NCBI GenBank assembly: GCA_965237955.1
Contig: OZ250169.1
Span: 480,001-544,000 of the forward strand
Source: Candidatus Marinacidobacterales bacterium
GTDB lineage: Bacteria > Acidobacteriota > Vicinamibacteria > Marinacidobacterales > SMYC01
Length of the DNA stretch: 64,000 nt
Reading direction: 5' to 3'
The position numbers and the translations under genes are program-made. Below are positions 10,755 to 20,198 of this stretch, in pieces. Numbering within the stretch: the stretch's first letter is position 1; each line of letters starts with the position of its first letter. The notes beneath the pieces are model-generated. The model was not told where the DNA came from, searched no databases, and saw only the letters and a program-made list of their open reading frames with translations.

Positions 10755-13392
10755 TAAAAGGAACACTCGGAAGACAGTCGAATCCATCCGCCACAAGGAC
10801 AAGCGTGCCAACATTCCCACAGAGGAGCTGCGCGACTTCGTCAGCGATGAAGAACTCGCTCCCAGGACGATGCTTTACCCGCGCGACCCCTCCCTCGATC
10901 CGCAACTGGTCTGGAAGGGCAAGGACAAGCAGGACCGCGAAAACCTCGCTGTTCCCGTAGTGCCTGTCTACATCCAGGAGAAGATTCACCCGCAGGCCAT
11001 CATTGACGCGCTGCCGCGTACCGAGCGGACCGGCGACGCCCAGACCAATCTCTTTGCCGACTTCAACGGCCTCAAGGACGATTTCGAGAAGAAGGTCGAC
11101 TTCTACAGCCAAAAGGACGACCGTCAGAAGCCTTGGTCCAACCGGCTCATCCTGGGTGATTCGCTGCTCGTGATGACCTCGCTGGCCGAGAAGGAAGGTC
11201 TCAAGGGTAAGGTGCAGGCCATCTACCTCGACCCGCCCTACGGCATCAAGTTCGGCTCCAACTGGCAGGTGAGCACCCGCAAGCGCGACGTGAAAGACGG
11301 CAAGGCACAGGACGCCACTCGCCAGCCCGAACAGGTGCGCGCCTTCCGCGACACCTGGAAGCTGGGCATCCACTCCTATCTGGCTTATCTACGCGACCGG
11401 CTGGTGGTGGCCCGCGATTTACTAACCGAGACGGGCAGCGTCTTCGTGCAGATTGGCGATGAGAACGTGCATCTCGTGCGGAACGTCATGGATGAGGTAT
11501 TCGGAAGTGAGAACTTCGCGGGCCAGATCACGTTCTTCAAGACCAGTTCACAGTCCACAATTGGCATCCCGTCTATCGTTGACTATCTGGTTTTGTACGC
11601 GAAGAACAAAGAACATCAGAAACTACGTTCTATCCTGAGATTGAAAGAGCCCGGTGAGCGTGGAGCAAAGCAATACTTATTCGTGATTTCTCCTGACATG
11701 AAGATCATGCGCCGGATGACCGATGGCGAGGTTAGGGGAAGGGAATCCATTCCCTCGGGATGGAAGGTCTGTCGTCCTGGACCGACGACTTCACAGGGGT
11801 ATCAGGAGAATCGAAGCAGCCTTTATGAGTTCCGAAACGAGCCATTCTATCCCAGCCCAGGCCGACATTGGAGCTTGGACCCTAGCCCTGGAAAAGAGAT
11901 GGACCGTCTTGCCAAACTCGGCCGTCTGAGGAAAGCTGGAAAAGGCATCGCCACCGTCTTGCTTGCAGAAGATAATCCGTCGACCGAATTAGACAACGTC
12001 TGGTTAGATACAGGAACAGGCAGCTTTACCGAAGACCAAATCTATGTCGTTCAAACAGCGACCAAGGCCATCGAGCGCTGCCTCCTAATGACCACTGACC
12101 CCGGCGACCTGGTGTTTGATCCGACTTGCGGCAGCGGCACAACTGCCTACGTCGCCGAGCAGTGGGGTCGGCGGTGGATTACCTGCGACACTAGTCGCGT
12201 CGCGTTAGCGCTTGCTCGCACACGTCTAATGACAGCAAGGTATCCGTACTACCTCCTAGCAGACTCCTCCGAAGGCATCAAGAAGGAGGCTGACCTCACT
12301 GGCAAAGTTCCGCCAGAATACAAGACCCATGACGATATCCGTAAGGGCTTCGTCTACAAGCGAGTGCCGCACGTTACGCTTAAATCGATTGCCAACAACC
12401 CGGACATCAAGGAAGGCATGACGCGCGAGCAGATCGACGCTGCCATCGCCCGCTATGCCAACACGGAGACCCTCTACGATCAACCCTACGAGGACAACAC
12501 GCGGGTGCGGGTGTGCGGGCCGTTCTCGGTGGAAAGTCTCTCGCCTCACCGCGTGCTCTCCGCCGCCGACGAAAATCAAGATGGCACAGTCAGCGAGCAA
12601 GAAGGCCGCAAGCAGCAAGACTTTTCCACCATGATTTTGGAGAACCTGAAGAAAGCGGGCGTTCAGAACACCCGCAAAAGCGAACGGCTCAGCTTCGACC
12701 GTCTCGATCCGTACGCCGGAGCATGGCTGCACGCGGCGGGAGAATACATCAGCGCTGAAGGTAAAACCCGCCGTGTGGCCATCAGCATCGGCCCCGAGCA
12801 CGGGACCGTCGGTCCTCACCAAGTAAAGGAGGCCGCCAAGGAAGCAGTGCAGGGCGTAGGCTTTGACATGCTTGTTGTCTGTGGTTTCGCCTTCGACCCG
12901 CATGTTGCCGAAGAGGTGAAACGCTACGGCAATCTGATCGTGCTTCCCACCAAGATGAACCCTGACCTAGTGATGGGCGATGAACTGCTCAAAAAGACCG
13001 GCGCGGGAAACCTGTTCATGGTCTTCGGCGAGCCGGACGTGGAGATCAAGAAGCAGAAGGACGGGCAGATCATGGTCGAGATCAAGGGAGTGGACGTGTA
13101 CGACCCGACTACCGGTCAGATCCGCAGCGCCTCCACCGACGACATTGCCTGCTGGTTCATCGACAGTAATTACAACGGCGAGAGCTTCTTCGTACGCCAC
13201 GCCTACTTCACAGGGGCTGAAGAACCGTATGACAAGCTCCAACGGACGCTACGGGCGGAGATCGACGAAGCCGCGTGGAGCCGTTTGTACAGCACGGTGA
13301 GCCGGCCGTTCGACAAGCCAGAAACGGGCAAGTTCGCCGTGAAGGTCATCAACCATTACGGGGATGAGGTGCTGAAGGTGTTTGAAATATGA
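10747..13392 (+). CDS. mod: Type III adenine DNA methyltransferase Mod
   Basis: IYLDPPYG catalytic motif precedes DPTCGSGTT (beta class); 8-bp overlap with res; lower-GC central TRD. Confidence 0.92.
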   Translation: MANKRNTRKTVESIRHKDKRANIPTEELRDFVSDEELAPRTMLYPRDPSLDPQLVWKGKDKQDRENLAVPVVPVYIQEKIHPQAIIDALPRTERTGDAQTNLFADFNGLKDDFEKKVDFYSQKDDRQKPWSNRLILGDSLLVMTSLAEKEGLKGKVQAIYLDPPYGIKFGSNWQVSTRKRDVKDGKAQDATRQPEQVRAFRDTWKLGIHSYLAYLRDRLVVARDLLTETGSVFVQIGDENVHLVRNVMDEVFGSENFAGQITFFKTSSQSTIGIPSIVDYLVLYAKNKEHQKLRSILRLKEPGERGAKQYLFVISPDMKIMRRMTDGEVRGRESIPSGWKVCRPGPTTSQGYQENRSSLYEFRNEPFYPSPGRHWSLDPSPGKEMDRLAKLGRLRKAGKGIATVLLAEDNPSTELDNVWLDTGTGSFTEDQIYVVQTATKAIERCLLMTTDPGDLVFDPTCGSGTTAYVAEQWGRRWITCDTSRVALALARTRLMTARYPYYLLADSSEGIKKEADLTGKVPPEYKTHDDIRKGFVYKRVPHVTLKSIANNPDIKEGMTREQIDAAIARYANTETLYDQPYEDNTRVRVCGPFSVESLSPHRVLSAADENQDGTVSEQEGRKQQDFSTMILENLKKAGVQNTRKSERLSFDRLDPYAGAWLHAAGEYISAEGKTRRVAISIGPEHGTVGPHQVKEAAKEAVQGVGFDMLVVCGFAFDPHVAEEVKRYGNLIVLPTKMNPDLVMGDELLKKTGAGNLFMVFGEPDVEIKKQKDGQIMVEIKGVDVYDPTTGQIRSASTDDIACWFIDSNYNGESFFVRHAYFTGAEEPYDKLQRTLRAEIDEAAWSRLYSTVSRPFDKPETGKFAVKVINHYGDEVLKVFEI

Positions 13393-13424
13393 TGAGCGCG
13401 GAGACGTTGAGATTAGGGTCACTC

Positions 13425-13800
13425 CTCAGAAGCGTAGCGGGTGTGGCAACGGACGCAATCTGGGCCAGCGCCTCGCGGCCCAGAGCCTGGGCCTTGTCAT
13501 AGAGCTTGAGACCCTTGCGCCGAAGCCCGGCTCGTCCATCCTGTTCGGCGAGAAGTCGCTCCGTCATGCGCTTAGGGAGCACGTCATCTACCATCACCAC
13601 GAGAGGAATCATCAAGGCAAGGAGCATCTGCTGCTGTTCCCAGCCAGCGACCTGTGCCTTCTATTTATTCATCCGCGCGCACCGAACTTGATTACTCTTC
13701 GGTCTACCGGCACCATGCCTACATGATTTCGTCGTTGGTTCGCGCTCCCATCTCTGCCTTCAAGGCTCGTCGCGAGCTGGTGCCCGCGGATGAGTTAAAT
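13425..13800. pseudogene. Mosaic of rve-transposase remnants
   Basis: Pieces match ~1125-1255 (-), 3040-3150 (+) and 50930-51055 (+, end CCTGTGCCTTCTATTT at 13651). Confidence 0.75.
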
Positions 13801-13804
13801 GACC

Positions 13805-15150
13805 TGTGCATCATCAATATCCGTCCGCTCCTGAAATCAAGGACTTACGCACCGTTCACGCCTCGGCCAACGAGCGCATCTCCCGCTTGAGATCCAGGTC
13901 TTGAGACGGCAAACTCTGCCGCCATGCTCCGTGTCCTCATCTTCCTCGTCTCACTCGGCGCCCGTGCGATCCGGGCGATGTGTCGGCGCCGAGCCGACCT
14001 CGTGATTGAAAACCTGGCCCTGCGGCAGCAAGTTACGGCGTTGAAGAAGGAGCGCCCCCGGCCACCGCTCGAGGACACGGACCGAGCATTCTGGGTTGCG
14101 CTCCGAAGCTCGTGGCCAGCGTGGGCGAGCCGGCTCGTTATCGTGAACGCCGACACGGTCGCCCGGTGGAATCGAGATCGGTTCCGCCGATACTGGGCTC
14201 GGATCTCCCGTCCGCGCTATCCAGGTCGACCTCGGATTGATGCCGAGATTCGTCGTCTCGTCCGCACGATGGCCCAAGACGGCTGGGGTGCACCTCGTAT
14301 CCACGCTGAGCTGACGAAGCTCGGATTCGTTGTCAGCGAGATGACGGTGTCGCGATACATGCCGCACCGCCGAGCCGAACCCGACGAAGTGAAGCGATGG
14401 ATTGCGTTCTTGCGGAACCACAAGGACGACATCGCCGCGATGGATCTGTTCGCCGTACCGACGGCGTCGCTACGGCTGCTGTACGGCTTCTTCGTCATCG
14501 AGCACGGCCGTCGCCATATCTTGCACTTCAACGCGACGTACAACCCCACGTCAGCGTGGGTGATTCAACAACTGCGCGAGGCGTTCCCATACGACACGGC
14601 ACCACGATACTTGGTCTTTGACCGCGACGCGATTTTCAGCCCTGCAGTGGTGGAGTTCATCAGGGCCATGGGCACAAAGCCTGTTCGCATTTCTTATCGC
14701 AGCCCTTGGCAAAACGGTACCGCCGAACGCTGGATCGGAAACTGCCGCCGCGAGATGTTAGAGCATGTAGTTGTCCTCAGTGAGCGGCATCTCGTCCGGC
14801 TCATGCGCTTGTACATCAGCTACTACCACGAGGACCGTTGCCACTTGGGTCTCGACAAAGACACCCCGAACTCAAGACCCGTCACGCCCCGACCATCACC
14901 GACCGCAAAAGTCGTCGCGTTGCCGCGAGTGGGTGGGCTCCACCACCGCTACGAATGGCGCGACGCCGCCTGAGCCAGTTTAGTCGCTGCGCGTCGATTG
15001 CTGGGGTCCCTCGCGATTGCGTTGTCCAGCTCCGCGGCCCATTGATCGCGTGATCTCGGCAAGTGCCCGCGCGCGCCGACCCGGGTTTCTTCGTTCGTCG
15101 TAGGGCCACCAGCGGTACCATTCCCGCTGGATCAATAATGATGAAGGACA
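13805..15150 (+). mobile_element. IS481-like rve element (family E), copy 1
   Basis: Ends TGTGCATCATCAATAT / ATAATGATGAAGGACA; near-identical inverted copy at 46780-48125. Confidence 0.88.
13924..14973 (+). CDS. Integrase core domain (rve) transposase
   Basis: WGAPRIHAEL, AAMDLF, FDRDAIF, SPWQNGTAERW, VGGLHHRY. Confidence 0.92.
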   Translation: MLRVLIFLVSLGARAIRAMCRRRADLVIENLALRQQVTALKKERPRPPLEDTDRAFWVALRSSWPAWASRLVIVNADTVARWNRDRFRRYWARISRPRYPGRPRIDAEIRRLVRTMAQDGWGAPRIHAELTKLGFVVSEMTVSRYMPHRRAEPDEVKRWIAFLRNHKDDIAAMDLFAVPTASLRLLYGFFVIEHGRRHILHFNATYNPTSAWVIQQLREAFPYDTAPRYLVFDRDAIFSPAVVEFIRAMGTKPVRISYRSPWQNGTAERWIGNCRREMLEHVVVLSERHLVRLMRLYISYYHEDRCHLGLDKDTPNSRPVTPRPSPTAKVVALPRVGGLHHRYEWRDAA

Positions 15151-15302
15151 GGGTGCATTGGTACAACACGCAACGACTCTTGGAGCCGATCGGGAATGTC
15201 CCCCCGGTCGAGTACGAGATGAACTATTATCGGTCGCAGGAAGGCTCGCTAGAGATGGCGAGACTCAACTAAAACACTCTCCGGAAAACCCGGGGCGGTT
15301 CA
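15151..15302 (+). mobile_element. IS3-family 3' remnant (same element as 22520-23833)
   Basis: [22 protein letters not shown]...; TIR CCGGAAAACCCGGGGCGGTTCA. Confidence 0.85.
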
Positions 15303-15385
15303 GCATATCGACAGGCCTCATCACTGTCATAACCGCATGCTATTGAGAATCCCTCCTGCAGAAATCCATGCGACAATCCGCCGAC

Positions 15386-15465
15386 CCCGTCCTGTGCCAA
15401 AACTCGGCCCTTTTGAAATAGACTGGTCCCGTCGTGTCCAAAAACACAAACGAACTCAAGACCCG
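15386..15465 (+). repeat. Tandem family-A (15386) and family-B (15428) element ends
   Basis: CCCGTCCTGTGCCAAAACTCGGCCC then CCCGTCGTGTCCAAAAACACAAACGAACTCAAGAC. Confidence 0.9.
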
Positions 15466-15642
15466 CGATTTCAAAAACTTGTAAGCAGGCGCTTCTGCAC
15501 ACGGGCACCGCGACCTCGGCCGGCGCGCCAAGCACGAGACCCGGGTCAGCGGGTTACGGCCTCTGTCGGGCGAAGCGAGGTCGGTAGCGTGTCCTTCTTC
15601 ATTATTATAGTCGTTCCCTTGGGTATCAGCGAGGAAACCGCG

Positions 15643-15717
15643 GTAGGGTTCGAGGGCTGGCGCGGTGCTCCGTAGGCGCGGCCTATCTGTTTCTCCCCGT
15701 TTCCTGTGGGAGTGCCT
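15643..15717 (-). ncRNA. Group II intron 3'-end remnant, copy 2
   Basis: Near-identical to 6349-6423. Confidence 0.5.
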
Positions 15718-15719
15718 AG

Positions 15720-15870
15720 GCGCCCGCTCACGCTCGACGAACAACCTGAGCTGCTTCCGAAGGAGAAGATTCACTGCGGCGAGGGCGCTGCGCGAGCGGC
15801 ACAGGGTTGCGAACGAATGCAACAGCGTCCGGGACAATAGACCGGATATTCGAGAACGATCGCAAGAGTG
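15720..15870 (-). pseudogene. rve transposase N-terminal remnant
   Basis: RSRSALAAVNLLLRKQL resembles the ENLxLRxQL motif of the intact transposases. Confidence 0.55.
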
Positions 15871-16561
15871 AGCCTCTCCCTCTTACCATGTCAGTTTCCA
15901 ACAGGAAGTCGTATGGTCCCCGTCCTTGAAAGCGGGAAGCTCACAGACCTCAGGGTTCTTCTCGCTGGCTGAGACGGGTCATCCGCACCAGGTGAAGTTG
16001 GCCAGTTTGAAACTGGTCGGTTGGCTCATTCATTCATCTTCTCGAACCGTGTTTTGGCTATTTCGCTTTCCTCTGGCAGTCTGAGCAGTCGTGCCCTGCC
16101 CCGTTTGGTCTATACGCCCATTGTCGGGCGGTGTGAATATAATAGTAGCGAAGCGTTTCTCAGGAGCTTCCCCTCCCGCTTGTCGCCCCCGCCTCTGCGG
16201 GAACCGTCGCTCAAGCAGCCACATAGCACTCTTTATCGAAGGCGGGCGAGTCTCTGTTGCTATCGTAGCGGACGTGAATTTTCCATCCCCCAGCTTCCCA
16301 TTCACCACTTGCCCGCCCTTGTATCTGATGGTTTGGCGAACGATCCTCGTCTCCTCGGTCGCGCTCCTGTATCAGTGCCGTGTTCGATCCTGGACCCGCG
16401 CTGCTTCTCTTCGGTCATCGCTTTCCTCCCTTTGGTTAAGCGCACGGCCGCATTCGTGAAACCCAGCACGAGCTAGCCCACCCTAGGAACCTTTCCGGCG
16501 GTTCCATCCTGTTAGGTCGTTTCATTTTCAAAGGACTTGGGAGATTTCTCCCGCTCGGCCA

Positions 16562-16690
16562 TCATTGGCATCGGTCCGTTAGGTAGGCCATCTGCGCCAA
16601 CCTGGTCACTGGATCGTCGAATCTGCGTACCAACGCGATTGGAGCTTGGCCCGCGAACCAGTCACGGACGGTCATCCCCGGTAACATCCT
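16562..16690 (-). pseudogene. Phage-type small hypothetical protein remnant
   Basis: GMTVRDWFAGQA...LAQMAY resembles the widespread phage GMTLRDYFAAKA family. Confidence 0.5.
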
Positions 16691-16790
16691 CGAATCACTG
16701 ATGGTCTTCGCCACTCTCAGCTTTCCAGGCGTCAAACTGCCCCGTATCTCGCTCTCTTGTCCGCCTCTCGTATCGCTCGGTCGTGGTGAC

Positions 16791-17282
16791 CCCGTCCTGT
16801 GCCAATACTCGGCCCTTGGCCCGGTCGCAAACACAGACACTAAGTTGCTGATTTATGGCCTATTTCAAAGGGACTTATACCTATGGCTTGACACGCGCCC
16901 GCCGCTTCCGGTGGGCGGCGAGGCTGGATTTGGCATGGCGCTTGCGCTTGCGCTTCCGCTCGTCGTCACCGTCCTGCGGCTTAGGTTTGATTTTTTTGGT
17001 GCGTGGTAGCGGGCGTTTTCTCCGCAAGCCGTTTATTTCCAACGGCTTAGGTCCGCGGTGTGGATCGTAATAAGTCATCGTGTCTCCCGTTGGGAGACAG
17101 CCGGACGAGCCCGGCCTCGGTGAGTTCGGGCGCTGTGGGCTGCGCCAGCAGCCCAGCCATGTAGCGGCGGCGGATTTCCCTGTTTCCTAGCGGCTTCCGT
17201 ATTCACTATCGCCCTTATTGGGGTTGTCAAGCTAGCGGTATAAGTCCCATTTCAAAAGGGCCGAGTTTTGGCACAGGACGGG
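16791..17282. mobile_element. Minimal family-A element (two fused TIRs) interrupted by a MITE
   Basis: Left TIR joined at CGGCCCTT to right TIR; about 105 bp once the insert and one target copy are removed. Confidence 0.8.
16870..17248. mobile_element. 379-bp MITE, 24-bp TIRs, 8-bp target-site duplication (IS1595/IS256-like ends)
   Basis: TIRs GGGACTTATACC-N4-GCTTGACA; ATTTCAAA duplicated at 16862-16869 and 17249-17256. Confidence 0.88.
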
Positions 17283-17417
17283 GGGCATGACCCCAAAAAG
17301 TGGGGTCATGTTTCTGAAAAACTCACCCCTTTGCCGGGGTCATGCCTCTGAAAATGGGGTGGGGAATGTCTCTGGAAAACCCCCCCTCAAGCGGGGTCAT
17401 GATCCTGAAAAATCACA
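17283..17417 (+). mobile_element. IS21-family terminal remnant
   Basis: Four GGGG(T/A)(C)ATG..CTG(G)AAAA repeats ending ...AAATCACA. Confidence 0.6.
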
Positions 17418-17447
17418 ATAGACTTCCAACCCGTGTGCTCGACTAAT

Positions 17448-17888
17448 TTACTCCCACTGCCGCGGAACGTCTTTAAAATCGCTTTGTGCTAATCGCTTCA
17501 ATTCCCCAAAACTCTTCGGCGAATCAGCCTGGACTTTTTCCCAAGCCAGACGGAAGGCTGGTAATGATAGATTCGACCTAATTCCTTCCCTCCAGAACGT
17601 CCACGTGACCTTGCTGACCCGTCCGACTTGCCGCTGGAACGTCTGTTCGTTAGAGAGATCGATATAGTGATAGAGGTAGGGTAACGCCTTCTCTTGTTCT
17701 TCTTCCGTCAATTCTCGACCGAGTAGCGCTCCTGTCGGAATATGCCGTGCCAACTCACGGTATTCCCTGGCCAGCGCGTCCTCGAAGTCGGTCTGTGCCT
17801 GGCGGGCACCGCGTCGGATCTGCCACCACGCCAGAAAGACGCCGACGGCCGTAGCGATTCCCGCGATGACGGTGATAGTCTCGCTCAC
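17448..17888 (-). CDS. Hypothetical protein with N-terminal membrane anchor
   Basis: 146-aa ORF, TM segment VIAGIATAVGVFLAWWQI; GTGA overlap with the drmC-like stop. Confidence 0.7.
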   Translation of the reverse strand: MSETITVIAGIATAVGVFLAWWQIRRGARQAQTDFEDALAREYRELARHIPTGALLGRELTEEEQEKALPYLYHYIDLSNEQTFQRQVGRVSKVTWTFWREGIRSNLSLPAFRLAWEKVQADSPKSFGELKRLAQSDFKDVPRQWE

Positions 17889-18260
17889 GTTTCAAACACC
17901 GTACGCAGAAGGTCGGCCGCCAGCATTTCGTCGAAGAAGCGCGCAAGCTGGGTTCCCAGAGAGTGTGTTTGGAGCCGGAGCCCCACCTCGACGTTTCGCT
18001 GCTGAGCGGCTTCCGTGAAGTTGGCCGAGCTGACGAACACATGCTCCACGTCCACCACAATGCACTTCGCGTGCAGGGCGGCCCTCGCGTCCGCGCTCTC
18101 CACCAGTGACGACGGAAAGTAAGAACAATTCAGGCAAGGGCCGAGCCCGTGGCCAATCGCGTTCGCGGAAACTGTGTCCAAATCGACGGACAACCTCGCT
18201 CGAAGCCAATGTGTCGCCGGCCTGACGGCGAACATCCAGAAACATGCGCACGGACAGACC
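17885..18260 (-). pseudogene. drmC: DISARM DrmC-like phospholipase-D nuclease, 5'-truncated and frameshifted
   Basis: VRMFLDV...DWP..LPELF / YFPSSL...LHAKCIVVD...VSSANFTEAAQQRNVEVG; 1-bp shift near 18121. Confidence 0.75.
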
Positions 18261-18420
18261 GCTCCTTTCCTAGGCGACGACCCTAAAGTGCTTCTATCTC
18301 AAGCCGGATAACGCGCAGCGATCGGCGTGAAGCCTGGTCGGTCAAAAAGAACCACCAGCCATTGGTGCGCTTGCCCGTGATGGCTGCGGCTGCTTCAGAC
18401 AGCCTAGCATAGGGTACGCC

Positions 18421-19226
18421 GGTACTGTCAAATTGAGCTGGTGACTGACAGAATGGTCCAATGAAGACCGATGCGCCAAGCTACCACGGCTATCGATTTC
18501 CACCGGAAATCATCAGCCACGCCGTCTGGCTCTACCACCGATTCTGCGTGAGCTTTCGAAACGTCGAAGAGCTGCTTGCTCAGCGAGGCATCACGGTTTC
18601 TTACGAAGCGGTCCGACTTTGGTGCATCAAGTTCGGGCCGGAATACGCTCGGCGACTGAAGCGTCGGCAAGGTCGTCTCGGTGACACGTGGCACCTAGAC
18701 GAGGTCTTCATAAAGATACAAGGTGAACGCCAATACCTCTGGCGGGCGGTAGACCAAGATGGTGATGTGATTGATATCCTCGTCCAGCCTCGCCGTGATC
18801 GGAAAGCCGCCAAACGATTCTTCCGCAAGCTGTTGAAGGGGCAAGGCCGCCCGCCCTGGCAGCTGGTCACCGACAAGCTGAGAAGCTACAGCGTCGCTCA
18901 CCGCGAGGTCATGCCGTCCGTCGTCCACGACACCGACCAGTACAGAAACAACCTAGCCGAAGTCTCGCACGAACCGACGCGACAACGGGAACGACAGATG
19001 CGGAAGTTTAAATCTCCAGGACAGGCGCAACGATTCTTGACCGTGCATGGACTCGTGCAAAACCTCTTTCGCGTCGGACGGCATTTGTTGCAAGCGCATC
19101 ATCATCGGGAGCTACGAGACCGCGCTTTCATCGTCTGGCACGAGGTAACCTGTGCCGTCCGATGAGAGCAAAGGAAGTCAGCTCGACGCGATAGGTTCGC
19201 TCGCTCAACGTCAACTTGACAATACC
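18421..19226 (+). mobile_element. IS6-family insertion sequence
   Basis: TIRs GGTACTGTCAAATTGA / TCAACTTGACAATACC. Confidence 0.9.
18461..19165 (+). CDS. IS6-family transposase
   Basis: RFPPEII, WHLDEVF, YLWRAVD, VTDKL, NNLAEVSH. Confidence 0.93.
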   Translation: MKTDAPSYHGYRFPPEIISHAVWLYHRFCVSFRNVEELLAQRGITVSYEAVRLWCIKFGPEYARRLKRRQGRLGDTWHLDEVFIKIQGERQYLWRAVDQDGDVIDILVQPRRDRKAAKRFFRKLLKGQGRPPWQLVTDKLRSYSVAHREVMPSVVHDTDQYRNNLAEVSHEPTRQRERQMRKFKSPGQAQRFLTVHGLVQNLFRVGRHLLQAHHHRELRDRAFIVWHEVTCAVR

Positions 19227-20052
19227 CTCAGCGATGTTGGCACAGAGGGATTGCGCTGTCGGCTGCCCGCCGGCCCCGATGCGAGCAGGGCGCCCTTGCG
19301 CGGCGGTATCAGCACCCTCGGCGAGCGATGAGCGCTGTGATTCTCGATCGCCTCATAGACGCCGCTGGCGTCGTATGCGGTGTCAGCTCTGGCCGATGAA
19401 ATGGGACTGTCGATCTGTCCGACAAGCGATGCAACCCGCGATGAATCGCGGGCTCTTTTGCTCGTCAGCTCGCCGGCGACGACTTCGCCACTCTGCTCGT
19501 CGACACACAGATGGAGCTTGCGATAGTCCCTGCTCTTTGGTGCTCTGCGCAGCTGGCCGGCGTGGACAGCGAGACCGCTGCTGTCGATCAAGATGTGCAA
19601 CGGCGTCTTCTGCTTGTCTTGGTAGAAGGGGACCTTACCCAGCTTCGCCTTGCGCCTCGAGATCGTGGTGTGATCGGGCACATCATTGTCTAGCTTCATC
19701 AGAGCGAACAACGATCGTAGCAATCCCTCGCTCTGCCTAGATGACAGATGAAACACCATGCCCAAGGTGACAGCCGTCTCGATGGCGTGGTTCGAGTACT
19801 TGCGTTGACGGCCCGGTTTCCTCCTCCTCGGCCGGGGCGCGTCCCAGTTCACAAGCTTGCCGGCGGTGAGCGAGACCCAGACGGTCAGGCTCCCGCGGTT
19901 GCGTAGACCCGCCTCATATTCACGCCAATTCCTCACGCGATAGGCCTTCTTCACATACTTCCGCTGAGTGCGTTTGAAAATGCTCATGGGGAACCTCGAA
20001 TCCGCGAGTACAGGACAATTGTGGACCGAGATCGCGAGTTGTGCACCAAGGC
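19227..20052 (-). mobile_element. IS5-family (IS903-like) element, 5' half; transposase from 19987 truncated by IS6
   Basis: NWREYEAGLRNRGSLTVW, PDHTTISRR, IDSSGL, RKLHL, ADTAYD; TIR GCCTTGGTGCACAACTC. Confidence 0.85.
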
Positions 20053-20198
20053 ACCGACGGGGCACTGGCTCTGCGATAGGCGCTCCCGAGCAGACCTCTC
20101 ATTCTAGCTCCCGTTGCCAACCAAGCCTAGACACCTCTCATCCGAAACGCCCCGGTGCGCCGGTCTTGAGTTCGTTTGTATTTTTGGACACGACGGGC

